DNA of 64,000 nucleotides, taken from the NCBI RefSeq assembly GCF_009914755.1, contig NC_060927.1. One strand, 5' to 3'. This DNA is from the human T2T-CHM13v2.0 reference genome, Homo sapiens. A program made the position numbers and the translations under genes. Each line of letters begins with the position of its first letter. Positions within the stretch are counted from its first letter, which is position 1. A model generated the notes under the pieces. It saw only the letters and a program-made list of their open reading frames with translations, did no database searches and was not told where the DNA came from. Positions 43,143-59,477 of the stretch are shown here, in pieces.

Positions 43143-43379
43143 TACTTATTTATAATGATAACAAAAGTAAAATACTGAGTAAAATACTTAAGAAATGTAC
43201 AAGATAAACTAGTATTTCTTTAAGCTTGTTCTAAACCACTTACATGAGAATATCTGACCCCTGTACCAGTTCTAAAGAATCAAAATCTCTGGGGATAGGT
43301 CTTTGAATTTGTGTTTTAGTAAGTACCTAAGCACTGATTGTACTCACATTAAATTTAGAAATCAATACTGCATATTAAA

Positions 43380-44600
43380 ACAATAAGTAAAACTTTCTAA
43401 AACTCTATTAAAGGTAAGAAATGAGGACCTGAATGGAATAGTACATGTAGGAAGACGCAGTATGTTAAAGCAGTCAATTTTCTATAAATTAAAATCCACA
43501 AATATCGCATGATTCCACTAAAATAATGGGATTTTTTTGGTTAGTGTCGCTAAATGCTAAGTCTAAAGTTCACATGGGAAATAAGAGGAAAAATAGCCAA
43601 GAAAATTATTTAAGAAAAGTATGAAGGAGTAGGGCTGGGAATTTGCCCACTTAAACATTAAAAGTTGTTATGAAGCTCTAATAACTAAAAGATTGTGTTA
43701 CTTGTTCTTTATACCTCAGACATATCTAGAAAATAGAAGATAAGTTCCAGAAGTAGGACCAAATATATACAGAACCTTTATGAATGATAAGATGATAAAA
43801 ATAGATAATACTAAAGGAAAAAGACAAATCAATCCCAGTGGGATATTTTAACATACTTCTCTTATAACTGATATAACATGGACACAGAATTAGTAGACCT
43901 ACAGCAGACTTGCTCTAATTGAGACACACATGTATAAACACTGCACCCAACAGTGGCAGATTATGCATTCTTTTAAGTGCACACAGAACATTTACAAAAA
44001 TTGGCCATATGCTAGGTCACAAAGCAAGCCCCATCAGATTTCAGAGTATCAAAATATACAGAGTATGTTCTCTAACTACTCTTCAGTTAATCTAGAAATC
44101 AATAAAAGAGATAATCTAGAAAACCGTATGTTCATAAGGTAAGATATATACCTCTAATCTAGGTAACCAATTGGCCAAAGAAGAAATCACAATAGAAGTT
44201 AGATACATTTTTGAACTGAATAAAAATATATATCAAATCTTGTGTTATTAGATAAAGCTGTGCTTCAAGGAGAATTTATAGCTTGAGATGTAAATATTAG
44301 AAAAAGAAGCAAGGTTGAATATCAGTTATCTAAGCATGACATTCAAGAAGTTAATGGAAGAACAGCAAATTAAAAGCACTTGAAAAGGAAGTAATAAGGA
44401 TAGTTAAAACTAATGAAATCTATTTAAAACATAAAATAGAAAGGATCAATAAATCCAAAACTTGCTTTTTTGGAAAGACCAATCAAATTGACAAATGCGT
44501 AATAAGTATGTCCAAAACCGAAAGCAAAAATATCCAAAATCATGAATGAACATGAAAACATAAATACAAATACTGTAGTCATTGAAGATAATAGAGATAA
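43380..44600 (+). mobile_element. Ancient L1 ORF2 remnants (two discontinuous pieces)
   Basis: A-rich L1 motifs such as CTAGAAATCAATAAAAGA, CCAAAGAAGAAATCACAA and TTTTGGAAAGACCAATCAAATTGACAAA. Confidence 0.7.
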
Positions 44601-44795
44601 TTCTGCTACTTGGAGTAGCTACCTGGTTTGTCTCATAGCAACCTGCCTCTGTGAAGAACTTGAAAAACTGGACACATTTTTTTCTAGTAATTCTTATTTT
44701 TGCTTTTCTAGTAAATTATTTAATTCAACCTGGGATAGAAATGATTCCAACCTTTACTTAGTTCTTTTGAGGAAGGGTCAGTTTCTCTACCTTTT

Positions 44796-45280
44796 GTAGC
44801 AGATTCTGTCATTGCCCCCCCATACCAATTGGACCCTACCTATATTTTCAGTATGCTCTGGACAATTCTAGTTTTCCATGTCTATATCTCTATGCCTCAG
44901 GGCCTTTTTTTCTAGAACAGGAGAAAGCTACTTCTCATGGCAGCTCAGAAGACCCAAGGAATTAATATTCCCCCATCACCCCAGAAAGCACTCAATCAGT
45001 AGGTCTTGGGAGTTATTATATGAATATCCCAGTTGCCTCTTCCCTTGAGTTGGTTAATACTGAGGTTTGTATTTTTGAGTTTTCCAAAATTTCCCCGTTG
45101 TGATAACCGCAGTGGCCCACCATGGGTAACTAGCATAATAACACATCCTTTAATTAAAACCTACTTTTCCTTCACTTTATTACTTCTCCACTTTCCTACC
45201 ATTGTCTCTGTACCTCCCAAATAAACTATTTCCATTGAAATCCTTTAATTATGGTCTGCTTCCATTGGAACAAAAACAGG
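44796..45280 (+). mobile_element. ERVL LTR (LTR16-like)
   Basis: Starts TGTAGCAGATTCTGTC. CCTCCCAAATAAACTA...GGTCTGCTTC near the 3' end. Confidence 0.55.
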
Positions 45281-46260
45281 GCCTCAATGAAAAGAATGGG
45301 CTGTTTACCAGGGCTGCTCCTCCTTATAGACCATGCACTCCAATTTTCCCCCAAGCCTTGCAAATCTGCTGAAGGCTGTGCCACAACTGAATATGGCAAT
45401 TACTTTAATGAGAAAAGTAGCTCCAAAAGTCAGTCAAAAGTCAGCTCTCCAGAGATTGCCTTTCAGAGGTTTTTATTTTCATTGTGTTAGTAGTTTTCCA
45501 TTGCTTTCAGATAATTAGTTTTTATATCTTGTCCCGTTGTTTTAGTTATTCTCATTGGGAGACTGATTTGAAACCACCTAGGCTGTTTGACAGAGGTGGA
45601 ACTTCAGTATTATGTTTTGTATTTCTATTCAAATTCAAGAGATATTGTTTGAGCTTGGAATGTAGGTGAAGTTCTTGGCTAGAAATGTAAATTTGGAAAC
45701 TGTCAGTATGTAGACACTATTTAAAATTATGATACTGGGTTACTTTACCTAGAGAACATGTATTGATAGAGAAGAGGCTCATTAAATTGATTGCTAGGGA
45801 GACTGAAATAAAGTATCTAGTCAGCTAGGAAAAAAACAGGAAAATGTTATATATGGAAACCAAGTTATGGAAGTGTAGATTAAATTTTCCATGCAGATTA
45901 TACATTATTAAACAGATTATGTAATATAAACCAAGCCGTTGTGGGTAGAAAACATTGGGGAATGGACACAAAGACATAGTCCTACCTTTCATTTCAACCA
46001 TGTAAATAAACTATAGTACATAATAAAGCATGCATTAGCTCAGTTGCAATCAGATTGCAGCATAAAATGGTTTACCCTTGTATTGGTATTAATGCCAGCA
46101 TTCCTGTTTACCACAGGTTCAGGGCTGGAATATTTTAGCTATGTCACACAATAGAAGGTATGAGAGTGAACTGGGATTACCATTTTCCTCTGAAGTAGGT
46201 GTGGATGTTGCCAACCCTTTGGCAGGTATAGGAATGCCTTTTTAAAAAATGTTTTAAAGA

Positions 46261-46590
<330 letters not shown>

Positions 46591-46818
46591 AATTTAAAAT
46601 TGTTTTAAGGAAATAGTTACAAACGACATTCATCGGACTACTTAAAAGCAAACATATGAGAACAGTGTATCTGGTTGGTATGGATTTTTTTTTTTTAAAC
46701 CGTCTTTATCTCTATTTTTAAAATTTTCTCCAATGAGCATGAATTATTTGTATAATGTAAACATATGTAGATGTTTGTTCAGACTTATAGACATTTTTAA
46801 CTGAATAATTTTCCACAG

Positions 46819-46935
46819 AGAGAAGTTGCAGCTAACAGCCAGAATGGTGAGGAAATTGTTCCTGCTTTGACTTTACGTTTCTTGATTACACAGCTAGAAG
46901 CAGCACTTAGGAACATTCAAGCTGGCAATTATACC
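46819..46935 (+). CDS. DZIP3: DZIP3 exon 5 (117 nt; REVAANSQNGEEIVPALTLRFLITQLEAALRNIQAGNYT)
   Basis: TTTTCCACAG acceptor, GTAAGT donor, phase 0-0. Confidence 0.96.
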
Positions 46936-47274
46936 GTAAGTGTTTTCTTTTTGGAAATTTGATATAATGGACTTGGTCAACATTTCTCAGTGAGAAAACA
47001 GCCAATGCATGCTTATTTTAAGGTGTGGGCCAATTTTTATTTTTTTCTTTTACCTCTAGAAAAGGGTATGTATAAATTGATTGCCTTCCTGTGTCTTGTA
47101 CTTTCTTATATGACTGGTAGATGACTTATGTATGTCTTGTACTTTCTCATGTGACTGGCTCTGTAATAAGCCTATTCTAGTCTCCTTCCCTACCACAAAA
47201 TTGTTCATCTTAAGAGAAACTTGAACTAATAGAAATGGGCTTTCCCAATCAGAAATGGAGAATCATAAAGTTAA

Positions 47275-47682
47275 AAAAAATAAGCCAAGTATAGAAGGAC
47301 AAATACTGCATGATGTCATTTGAATGTGGAATCTAGGAGCTGAACTCACAGAAGCAGAGAGTACGATGGTGGCTAGGGGTAAGGGGTCAGGAGTACAGAC
47401 TGAAGAGATGTTGGTCAAAAGATACAAAATTTCAGTTAGATGTGAAGAATAAGTTCAAGAGATCTATTGTACAACATAGTGACTATAGTTAATAACAATG
47501 TATTATAATCCTGAAAATTGCCCAGAGTAGATTTTAAGTATTTTCACCACAAAAATGATAAATATGTGAGGTTATACATATGTTAATTAGCTTGAGTTAG
47601 TCATTTCACAATGTATACATATTTTATAATGTCGTATATGATAAATATATACAATTTTTATTTATCAATTTAAAAAAGAAAA
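47275..47682 (+). mobile_element. L1MA-type 3' end
   Basis: AAGGACAAATACTGCATGAT, GAGATCTATTGTACAACATAGTGACTATAGTTAATAACAATG, A-rich tail. Confidence 0.85.
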
Positions 47683-48988
47683 AATATTCTGTCTTTTTAA
47701 ACCATAATTAATCAGCTTCTCTTTCTTCTGAGATTTCTATATTTGTAAAAGTTGGAATTTCTCTTATAGGTAAAATTAACAAAATGTATTTATGTGTTTA
47801 AGATCAAATGATACTTTAGAAATAAATAGGGTTATCTTCAAAAAAGGACTACCCAGACACCAAAAAAGGGAGCCTAAGACATTAAATCTCATATTATAAT
47901 GATGTACAAAGAGACGGAAAAATAATACTTATTTAGGATTCTGGGGATTAGGGTTCTTACAGGGTGAGTTACACCATTCAGAAGGAGATTCTAGTTGGAT
48001 TCCAATGAGGAAACAAAGAAAATGGGGGATTTGCATCTTGTAATCCTGAGAACTTGGGGGATATGGCAGACCTGCTATTTCTCCCACTGACCAGATTGCC
48101 AGTCAGTGAAACAAATCAATGTGAAATCAGCCTTAACAGGTACCCATTGCTTAGCCTTCTTTACTTAGACATTACTTCAAAGATGAGTCTTAGACTAGGA
48201 AATGGAAGAGTTTCTCCCTTGGTAGCTCTAGGTAGTACTTGTGAGCAGAAGTGGCATTGTGATGATCAAAGAAGTCTATTGCTGTATCTAAATTACTCTA
48301 TCTGTCCTTCAAGGCCACCAAAAAGGGAAAAGACAACCTTGTAGGAGACAACAGTGGATTATGTATTATGGGGGTGCAGTTGCGAATAGCATCTCTATAT
48401 TAATTTTATTCTAGTTCTTGGAATAATCTTTGCTGATGGGGAGAAGGTAGGAGAAAAGGACAGGGGCTTTAGGTTAGAAATGTACAACTTGCATCTTTAA
48501 ATTCCAGAGTTTTTCCTCCTCTAATTATAGCATTACCACAATTCTGCATCTTATCTTGTTCTTAGAAATGTTTTATTTAGAATTATATTAGCTAGTCTCT
48601 GTTATGTTATTCATGAAGCTGTTTTCTTTTAATTACAAAATAATAGCTCACACTTCTTTAGTGTTTGCTGTATGACAGCCACTATTCTAAGCGCTTTGTA
48701 AAAATTAGCCCTTTTACTGTTCATAAGTACCCCATCTTAGGGCACAGAGGTTAAATAACTTGCTAACTTGACCAGGTAGTAAGTAGTGGAGTCAGGTGGC
48801 TCTAGATTCTATGGTCTGAACTACTGCCTCTTCAGGGATGAGAATTTTAAGGTGGGAACCACTTAGATGTTATGAGGAGTTTATATTTAATAGACTCACT
48901 TAGTCCATCAAGAACAAACACACGTCTATCTCCACTGAGATCAGTTTGAAGCCAAATTTATAATCCCAGTCAGTTATCTCCTCAATGA

Positions 48989-49360
<372 letters not shown>

Positions 49361-49499
49361 AGAAAGCTTATATCCTATGGGTATTTATCATTCTATGTAC
49401 CTAGAAAAATCTTGTTTATGGTATGGGGAAATCTTGATGAAAAAGGGTAATGTGACAAAAGATAGGGTTATAATCTTCAGTCAATATAGAGCTTATGAG

Positions 49500-50093
49500 C
49501 AGAGGAGTCCAGGGTTCTCCAGAGAAACCAGACTGGTTTTTGCTGTGTGTGTGTATGTGTGTGGGTATATGTGTGTATGTGTGTGTGTGTGTGTGTGTGT
49601 TTTGTTTTATATACATAAAACATACAAATACTTATATACACATATACATATACATGATTATAAGGAATGTATATGTGATTTATTATGAGGAATTGCCTCA
49701 TGTCATTATAGAGGCTCAGCAAGTCCCATGATCTGCTCTCTGTAATCTGGAGACCCAGGAACGCTTGTGATATAACTCATCCCAGTTCTGAAGGCTAAGA
49801 ACCAGGTATAAATCCAAGGATGAAGGCAGAAGTTGAGATGAGATGTCCAAGCTCCAGCAAGCAGGCCGGAAGCAAAAAGGGATGAATTCTTCCTTCCTCT
49901 ACTTTTTGTTCTATGCAGGCTTTAATGGATTGGATGATGCCCACCTACATTGGAGAGGGCAACCTGTTATACCCAGTCTACCATTTCAAAGGCAAATTTC
50001 ATCTGGAAACACGCTCAGAGACACACCCAGAAACAATATTTAATCTGGGCACCCTGTGGCCAGTCAAGTTGACACATGAACTTAACCATCACA
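49500..50093 (-). mobile_element. ERVL LTR (MLT2-like) containing a (TG)n tract
   Basis: CAGGGTTCTCCAGAGAAAC...GGATTGGATGATGCCCACC...CAGTCAAGTTGACACATGAACTTAACCATCACA. Confidence 0.85.
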
Positions 50094-50221
50094 AATACAA
50101 TGGACAGGGAGGTCTTGGTGTACCCCTCACACAGTTTCCCTAAATAGTTACATAATTACATTACTCCAGAACATATTAAAAAAAAAAAAAACAGGAAATT
50201 GATGTTGGTCCATGGGGCTTT

Positions 50222-50775
50222 GTGTCTGGGGTCTCCAAGACCACCCTCATGTTCAGAGATTTGCTAGAAGGACTGGACTCAGCATATGGTTATACTAACA
50301 TCTAAGATTTATTATGGTGATGTGATAAGGATACATAGTAGATCATATGGGGAAAAGACACAGGTGAAGTCTGACGAAAGCCATCTGCAGGTTCCTCCAT
50401 ATTTTCTCCCTTCCATGAGAAGCTACACAGCATATACGGCCACCTCCAGCAATGAAAATGTAGCAACATCCACAGTGTTTCTGCCCAGGGAAGCCTATAA
50501 GAGACTCAGTGATCAATATTTTTATTGGGCGTTGGTCATCTAGGTACCTGCTGCCTGGCATGTATCAAAATTCCACACTTCCAGAAGAAAATCCCAGGTG
50601 CTCAGCATAAATCATAGTGTTTGCACAAATAGTCTAGACATAGCAAGGCACCTTTATCAGTTAGGGAACACTGCCAAAATTCAAGTTCCCAGACATCAGC
50701 CAAAGATCAACTTTGCAAGCAGGACTTAATAAGGATAACAGCCTCAGGCCAGCTAGGTTAGCTTTTTAATGCCCA
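50222..50775 (-). mobile_element. MER21-like LTR, apparently nested in an old antisense L1 3' end
   Basis: GGGGTCTCCAAGACCACCCTCA...TTTGCTAGAAGGACT and CAAGTTCCCAGACATCAGCCAAAG. Confidence 0.72.
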
Positions 50776-51074
50776 GGCTTGTATAGTTCTGTGCCATTTT
50801 ATCAAATGTGTACATTTATGTAACTACTGCAATCAAGATAAAAGAACTATTCCACCACCACAAAAATCTCTCTTATGACTTTTATGGTCACACCCACCTC
50901 TCTCCCTCTACAATTCACTGATCCCTAATCTATCTCATCTCAGTAATTTTGCATAGACCATTTTTATACGAAGGAAATATCCACATGGTTTAATTTTTCA
51001 TTGAAGAAGTGATGAGCTTTATGTTCATACTATTTTGCAGAATCCATGTGGGAGAGTAAAGGATTTTGATTTAA

Positions 51075-51397
<323 letters not shown>

Positions 51398-51559
51398 GAT
51401 CATTGTATTTTTAAAGGTGGATGGTAGATACTTCAGTGTTCGTTATATTATTATTTAATGTGTTCTTGATACCTAAAATATTACATAATAAAAGAGACAG
51501 AGTGAATGAGAGTTTTTGAAAGGTTTAATGTAACAAATTTTTATACTTCTTTTTTACCA

Positions 51560-53110
51560 GTTTTTTAAAAATTTTATTTTTAATTTTTGTGGGTATATAG
51601 GTGTACATTTTATGGGGTATGTGAGATACTTTGATGCAGGCATACAATACATAATAATCACATCAGGGTAAATGGGCTATCCATCACCTCAAGCATTTAT
51701 CCTTTGTATTACAACAATCCATTTATACTGTTTCTTATTTTAAAATGTACAATGAATTATTGTTGACTGTATACTCATTTCAACAGATGCTGAAAAAGTA
51801 GGGTTGGTATTTTTGTAGAGATGGTGTCTCACACTATTGCCCACTTAGGTTAAAATGGCTTATGTACAAAATACAGGCAATAACAAATGCTGGTGAGGAT
51901 GTGGAGAAAAGAGAACCCTCTTACACTGTTGGTGGGAATGTAAATTAGTAAAACCACTATGGCAAGCAGTTTGGAGGTTCCTCAAAAAACTGAAAATAGA
52001 TCTACCATAGGATCCAGCAATCCCACTGCTGGGATATACCCAAAAGAAAGAAAATCAGTGTATCAAAGAAATATTTGCATTCTCATGTTTATTGCAGCAC
52101 TATTCACAATAGCCAAGATTTGAAAGCAACCTAAGTGTCCATCCAGATGAATAAATAACGAAAATATGGTACATATACACAGGGGAGTACTATTCAGCCA
52201 TAAAAAAGCACAAGATTCCCCCCAGCACTTTGAGAGGCTGAGATGGGAGGATCACTTGAACTCAGGAGTTCAAGATCAGCCTGGGTAATAGTGTGAGACC
52301 CCATCTCTAAAAAAAAAAAAAATTAAAATAATGAGATCCTGTCACTTGAAACAACATGGATGGAACTGGAGGTCATTATGTGAAGTGAAATAAACCAGAT
52401 AGAGAAAGACAAACTTTGCATGTTCTCACTCATTTTTGGGAGCCAAAAATTAAAACAAGTGAACTCAAAAAAATAGCTAGTAGAATGATGGTTACCAGAG
52501 GCTGGGAAGGGTAGGTGGGGGTTGGGGAGACAGTGGTGAATTCTTTAGCATGTCAATTGCTTTTTTAAGCTCCAGAATTTCTACTTGATTTTTAAAAATT
52601 ATTCTCAATTTCTTTGTTCAATTTATCTGATAGGATTCTGAATTCCTTCTCTGTGTTATCTTGAATTTCATTGAACTTCCTCAAAACAGCTGTTTGGAAG
52701 TTTGTGTCTGAAAGGTCACATGTTTGTCTCTCTGGGATTGGCAACTGGTGCCTTTTTTGGTTTGGTAAAGTCATGTTTTCCTGGATGGTCTTGATGCTAA
52801 TGGATGTCCATCGATGTCTGGGCATTGGAGAGTTAGGTATTCATTATAGGCTTCACTGTATGGCCTTGTTTTGTACCTGTCCTTCTTGGGAAGTCTTTCC
52901 AGGTATTCAAAGGGACTTGCATATTGTGATTTAAGTCCTTGGTCACTGCTGCTATATCTGCATTAGGGGACACTCTAAGCCCAGTAACCCTGTGTCTCTT
53001 GCAGATTCATAGAGGTACCATCTTGGTAGTCTTTGGTGAGATCTGGAAGAACTCCTTGGATTACCAGGCAGAGACTCTTGTTCTCTTCTTCCTTTACCCC
53101 AAACAAACAG

Positions 53111-53194
<84 letters not shown>

Positions 53195-54500
53195 TGTGTA
53201 TGGAGCTGCCTGGAGCTGGGGGAGGGGTGACACAAGCATTCTTGTGGCCACGACCACTGAGACTCCTCTAGTTCAGATCCGAAGCCAGCCCAGTACTGGT
53301 TCTTGCTCAAACCCTATGGTGACGACTGCCTTGCTACCACCTATACTGAGTCTCTTCTTTCTGAGCAGTGCGTTTCTCTCTGGCCCAGGGCGAGTGCAGA
53401 AGTGCCAGACAGGACTTGAAGTCTGGAAGTGGGAACCCTGGAAGCCCACTTGGTGTTCTATCCCACTGTGGCTGAGCTGATACTCAAGCTGCAAGACAAA
53501 GTCCCCTTTACTTTTCCCTCTGCCTTTCTCAAGCAGAAAGGCATCTCTCACCATAGCCACCACAGCTGGGAATGTGTTGGGTCACATCTGAAGCCAGCAT
53601 AGCTCTGAGTCTCACCCAAGGCCCATGGCGAGTACTGCTACTACTGTTGATTATTCAGGGCCCAAGGGCTCTTTAGTCAGCAGGTAATGAACCCCGCCAG
53701 GACTGGGTTCTTACCTTCAAGGCAGTGGATTCATTTCTGCCCCAGGATGTGTCTAGAAATATTGTCTTGGAGCTAGAGCCTCAGGATTCTACTGTGACTG
53801 AGCCGATATTCAAGTGGCAAGGCAAAATCGTCTTTACTCTTCTCTCTCCTCTGCTCAAGCAGAGGGAAGGTGTCTCTCCCAGACGTGTGAGTTGTTTTCC
53901 CTGGAGTTGGAGGGGTGACATAAGCACTCCCTTGCCTGCCCCATCTGGTATCTTACTAGGTTGTATACACCACAAATCCACTGGCTCCAAGCCCAGCACA
54001 GCACCAGGACATGGCCAGGAACTGCAGTCCTTGTGGCCTAGACTGCCTTTTATGTAGGACCCCAGAGCACTTTGGCCCACACTGGCAGGGCTTGCTGGAA
54101 CTCAGGCTCTGACTGCTGGGATGGACAATTTACCTATGGCTAACACTTGTCTAAATGCTACCTCCGTGATCACTGACTGAGTTCTGCTCAGTATGGCTTT
54201 CTGATGTGACGGGGCAGCACTGAGTTCCAGTGCAAAGTCCTTCCCCCAAGCGCAGATTCTCTCTCCATGTCACATAGCTGTAGTCAGGGGATGGAGGAAG
54301 GGATGGTATAGGCAACTTAAGACTGTCTTTCCTACCCTCTTCAGTGCCTCTTTCCTTAATATGATGTTCAAACCAGGTAATGTGATCACTCACCTGATTT
54401 TTGTTTCTATGAAGGGGCTTTTCTATGGGGTATTTGTTCAGTGTGGTGTTCCTGTGTTGGTGACGATTGTTGGAGCTTCTATTTGGCCATCTTTCTTCCA
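51560..54500 (-). mobile_element. Rearranged L1MA-type element: 3' tail (-), inverted 3' block (+, ~51846-52540, holding an Alu monomer at 52220-52322), and 5' UTR/ORF1 start (-)
   Basis: Minus-strand AAGATGGCCAAATAG at ~54480-54495 is an L1 5'-end motif. The ORF1-like translation CDLSDTNFQTAVLRKFNEIQDNTEKEFRILSDKLNKEIE is on the minus strand, and the central block has plus-strand 3' motifs. Confidence 0.8.
53113..53199. repeat. Compound (CT)n(GT)n microsatellite
   Basis: Seen directly. Confidence 0.97.
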
Positions 54501-54745
54501 TATCCTTTCCTTTGATTAAATTTTAATGTTTTATTTTGAGATTATTGACTATCCTCTTTCTTCCTGGGTCAAATTATCAAATATATCTAAAATACATTAT
54601 CGTTATTATTAGATGACTGATAATGTTTTGATAATTTTTACTTGTTTTAATAATTATTAATTAAGCTTAGGATATTTAATTAAGCTTGTTGTACTGAAAA
54701 GTAGCTTAGTCTAAATAACCAATTAACATATTTTTTTCTTTGTAG

Positions 54746-54826
54746 GCACACCAGATTAATATTGGTTATTATTTGACATTACTGTTTTTATATGGAGTAG
54801 CACTCACTGAAAGAGGAAAGAAAGAG
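54746..54826 (+). CDS. DZIP3: DZIP3 exon 6 (81 nt; AHQINIGYYLTLLFLYGVALTERGKKE)
   Basis: TTTCTTTGTAG acceptor, GAG|GTATGT donor. Confidence 0.96.
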
Positions 54827-55740
54827 GTATGTAACATGTTATTTGCCCTTTATAAATCTTTTTACATCTTGGAATAATCAGGCCAAAGATTATAATATGA
54901 AACTAAAAATATTAAAAAAGGAAACTTAATATTAGCTTATAACTTCATTTCTTTTATTTATCTTTTGAATGCTTACCATTCATGTAAAATAAAAAATTAT
55001 TTAGCTTCTTTCACTTACATAATACATTTTAATCCATTTTCTAGTATAGCTTAATCCCTCTGGTTTTAATCGTATCCCTTTTGTAAAATATGAATTGTAC
55101 CTCAAATTATTTGTCAAACTTAAGTGCAAATAAGTACAAATCTGGGAATTAACTAGATAATTTCTAAGGGTTCTGTTGAATTTAACATTTCCTTTTTTTT
55201 CTGATTTTTAATGATTTCTCATATTTTCTTCATAGCTTTGATATTTCTCTTATTTTTTCTTCCCAAATCTGTATTTCTGACTTCATAAATTAAATATATA
55301 AATATGACTTGTTAATTAGAATTAACAAGTGAAGTAGAATTGATAAGCAGCGAAACTGAAAACATTTCTATTTTAAATACTTTAATGTAGTACTAATTGT
55401 TTAGTGTGATGTACTAGGGAATATTTTAAAGTAAGGCCAGGCAGCATTTTTCCAGCTTTTTTTTTCTAGAGAGACTGAGGCCATTATGCCTTTTTCACTG
55501 AAGCATCTATTATAACAGATCCTGATATTTACTTCCAGACCTATGTTGTTTATGATTAAGGTGGTGATTCCCCAAAAGAGTTTATATCTATGGGCAACAA
55601 ATCACTTACTTTCTATCTGAAATACTGTGAAGAATTGTGCTCCCATTAGGAAGAATGATAAAGAATTGTGCTCTAACAGTTATCAGAAAAGCCCTTATTT
55701 TGGCTAGTAGTACTTGCCAGTTAGATATGTATATGTATGT

Positions 55741-55858
55741 ATTTAAAAGATGGCGTCTCACTATGTTGCCCAAGCTGGACTTAACTCCTGGGCTCAAGCA
55801 ATCCTCCTGCTTCAGCCTGCTAAGGAGCTGACACTATCAGTGTGCACCACCATGCCTA
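55741..55858 (-). mobile_element. Alu monomer/left arm (FLAM-like)
   Basis: AGATGGCGTCTCACTATGTTGCCCAAGCTGG...CTCCTGGGCTCAAGCAATCC. Confidence 0.8.
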
Positions 55859-56145
55859 ATTGCCAGTTTTAGATACACAAATTTTTGTTACCATCTTAAT
55901 ATTCACTTTGAAATATTGGTTAAAGAAGGTCTTAAGTTTATTTATAAATAAATATTTTAAACACTGACTACATGATCTTTGTAATCACATGCAGAGATGC
56001 CAGGATTCAGAATGTGAATAAATGACCAGATGATTGTATTATTTTTAAAGCTGCCCTAATTTCTCCAGTTTGAGAAGTAATTGTTTATTGTAAAAAAAAA
56101 AAAATGACTTTTACAGTAGCCAAACCTAGTTTTATGTTACTACAG

Positions 56146-56270
56146 GATTATACAGAAGCTGAGAATAAATTTCTGGTGATGAAGATGATGATCCAAGAAA
56201 ATGAAATTTGTGAAAACTTTATGTCTTTAGTTTATTTTGGACGTGGTTTACTGCGATGTGCTCAAAAGAG
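56146..56270 (+). CDS. DZIP3: DZIP3 exon 7 (125 nt; DYTEAENKFLVMKMMIQENEICENFMSLVYFGRGLLRCAQK/R)
   Basis: TACAG acceptor, AG|GTAAGG donor. Confidence 0.96.
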
Positions 56271-57199
56271 GTAAGGATTTTAATTAACGGGTAGATGTTG
56301 CCTGTGAAGTCTCAGCATTGTGAAATGGAAGTAAGTGTGCACAGTATATCAGGCATTGTGACATTTGTGCTCTACTGTTTTATCCTTTTCTTCTTTGCCT
56401 ATTTGTATAGATAATTTCTTTAATGTAGTTGAGAATATTAAATAGCAAACTTAACAGGCCATAGCAATAAGAAGCAGTCTAGCATTAACATTAGGAGCAT
56501 AGGCTTTAGAGTCTGATAGACCCGGGTTCAGCTACATTTTTTATCACTTATGCTAAGAAACTTAATGTTGTTAAGCCTTATATTTTTTTCTTATCTCTAA
56601 AATAGAACTAATAATAGTGTAGGGTTCACTTCATGAGGATTTTGCAGGTGATTAACATTGCCTAGGACACAAAAATGCTGTACTTAATAAATAAATTATG
56701 GTTGGAGTTATTAGTATTATCACCACTAACTTGGAATAGTTTTTAAAAGTATAAAATGAGCTTATAAAGAGTTGAAAAGGGTCCAAATGCTGAGTTTTTG
56801 GAGTATTGGCTACTACTTTTAAGAAAGTGAAATTGTATGGAGGAAACTATACAGATTATCTGTTTACTTCCTATATGGAGATCCATAACCATTTGTAACA
56901 TCATTCATTCATTTTATTTACTAAGTATCCATTATATTCCAGAAACTGTTAGGTGTTGAGGTTACAGTGGTTTACAAAATACAGTTCCTGTCTTCATGTA
57001 ACTGAAAGTACAGTGAAAGATATAGATCTTAATCAACTAATCAGTCATAAAATATTTATGAGATAGGATAAAGAGTTATGAAGGAAACTAGAGTGAGTAA
57101 CTAAAGTGTTTCCTGGAGGCTGGTTCTGGGAATCAGAAGTCTCCCTGAGAAAACAATGTTTGACTAAGATCTGAGGGATGAATTTGGAAAAGTTTGCTT

Positions 57200-59320
<2,121 letters not shown>

Positions 59321-59362
59321 ACAGTCCCGTTCAAACTAACCTTATTTTAAAATGCCTTTCAG

Positions 59363-59477
59363 ATATAATGGAGGACTGCTAGAATTTCATAAAAGCTTAC
59401 AAGAAATTGGAGACAAAAATGACCATTGGTTTGACATAGATCCTACAGAAGATGAAGATTTACCTACAACTTTTAAA
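59363..59477 (+). CDS. DZIP3: DZIP3 exon 8 (115 nt; R/YNGGLLEFHKSLQEIGDKNDHWFDIDPTEDEDLPTTFK)
   Basis: CCTTTCAG acceptor, GTAAGA donor, cumulative 696 nt. Confidence 0.96.

Noticed and set aside
52939-53310. ERERER/SLSLSL/CVCV ORFs (also at 61273-61604)
   Set aside because: Microsatellite translations.
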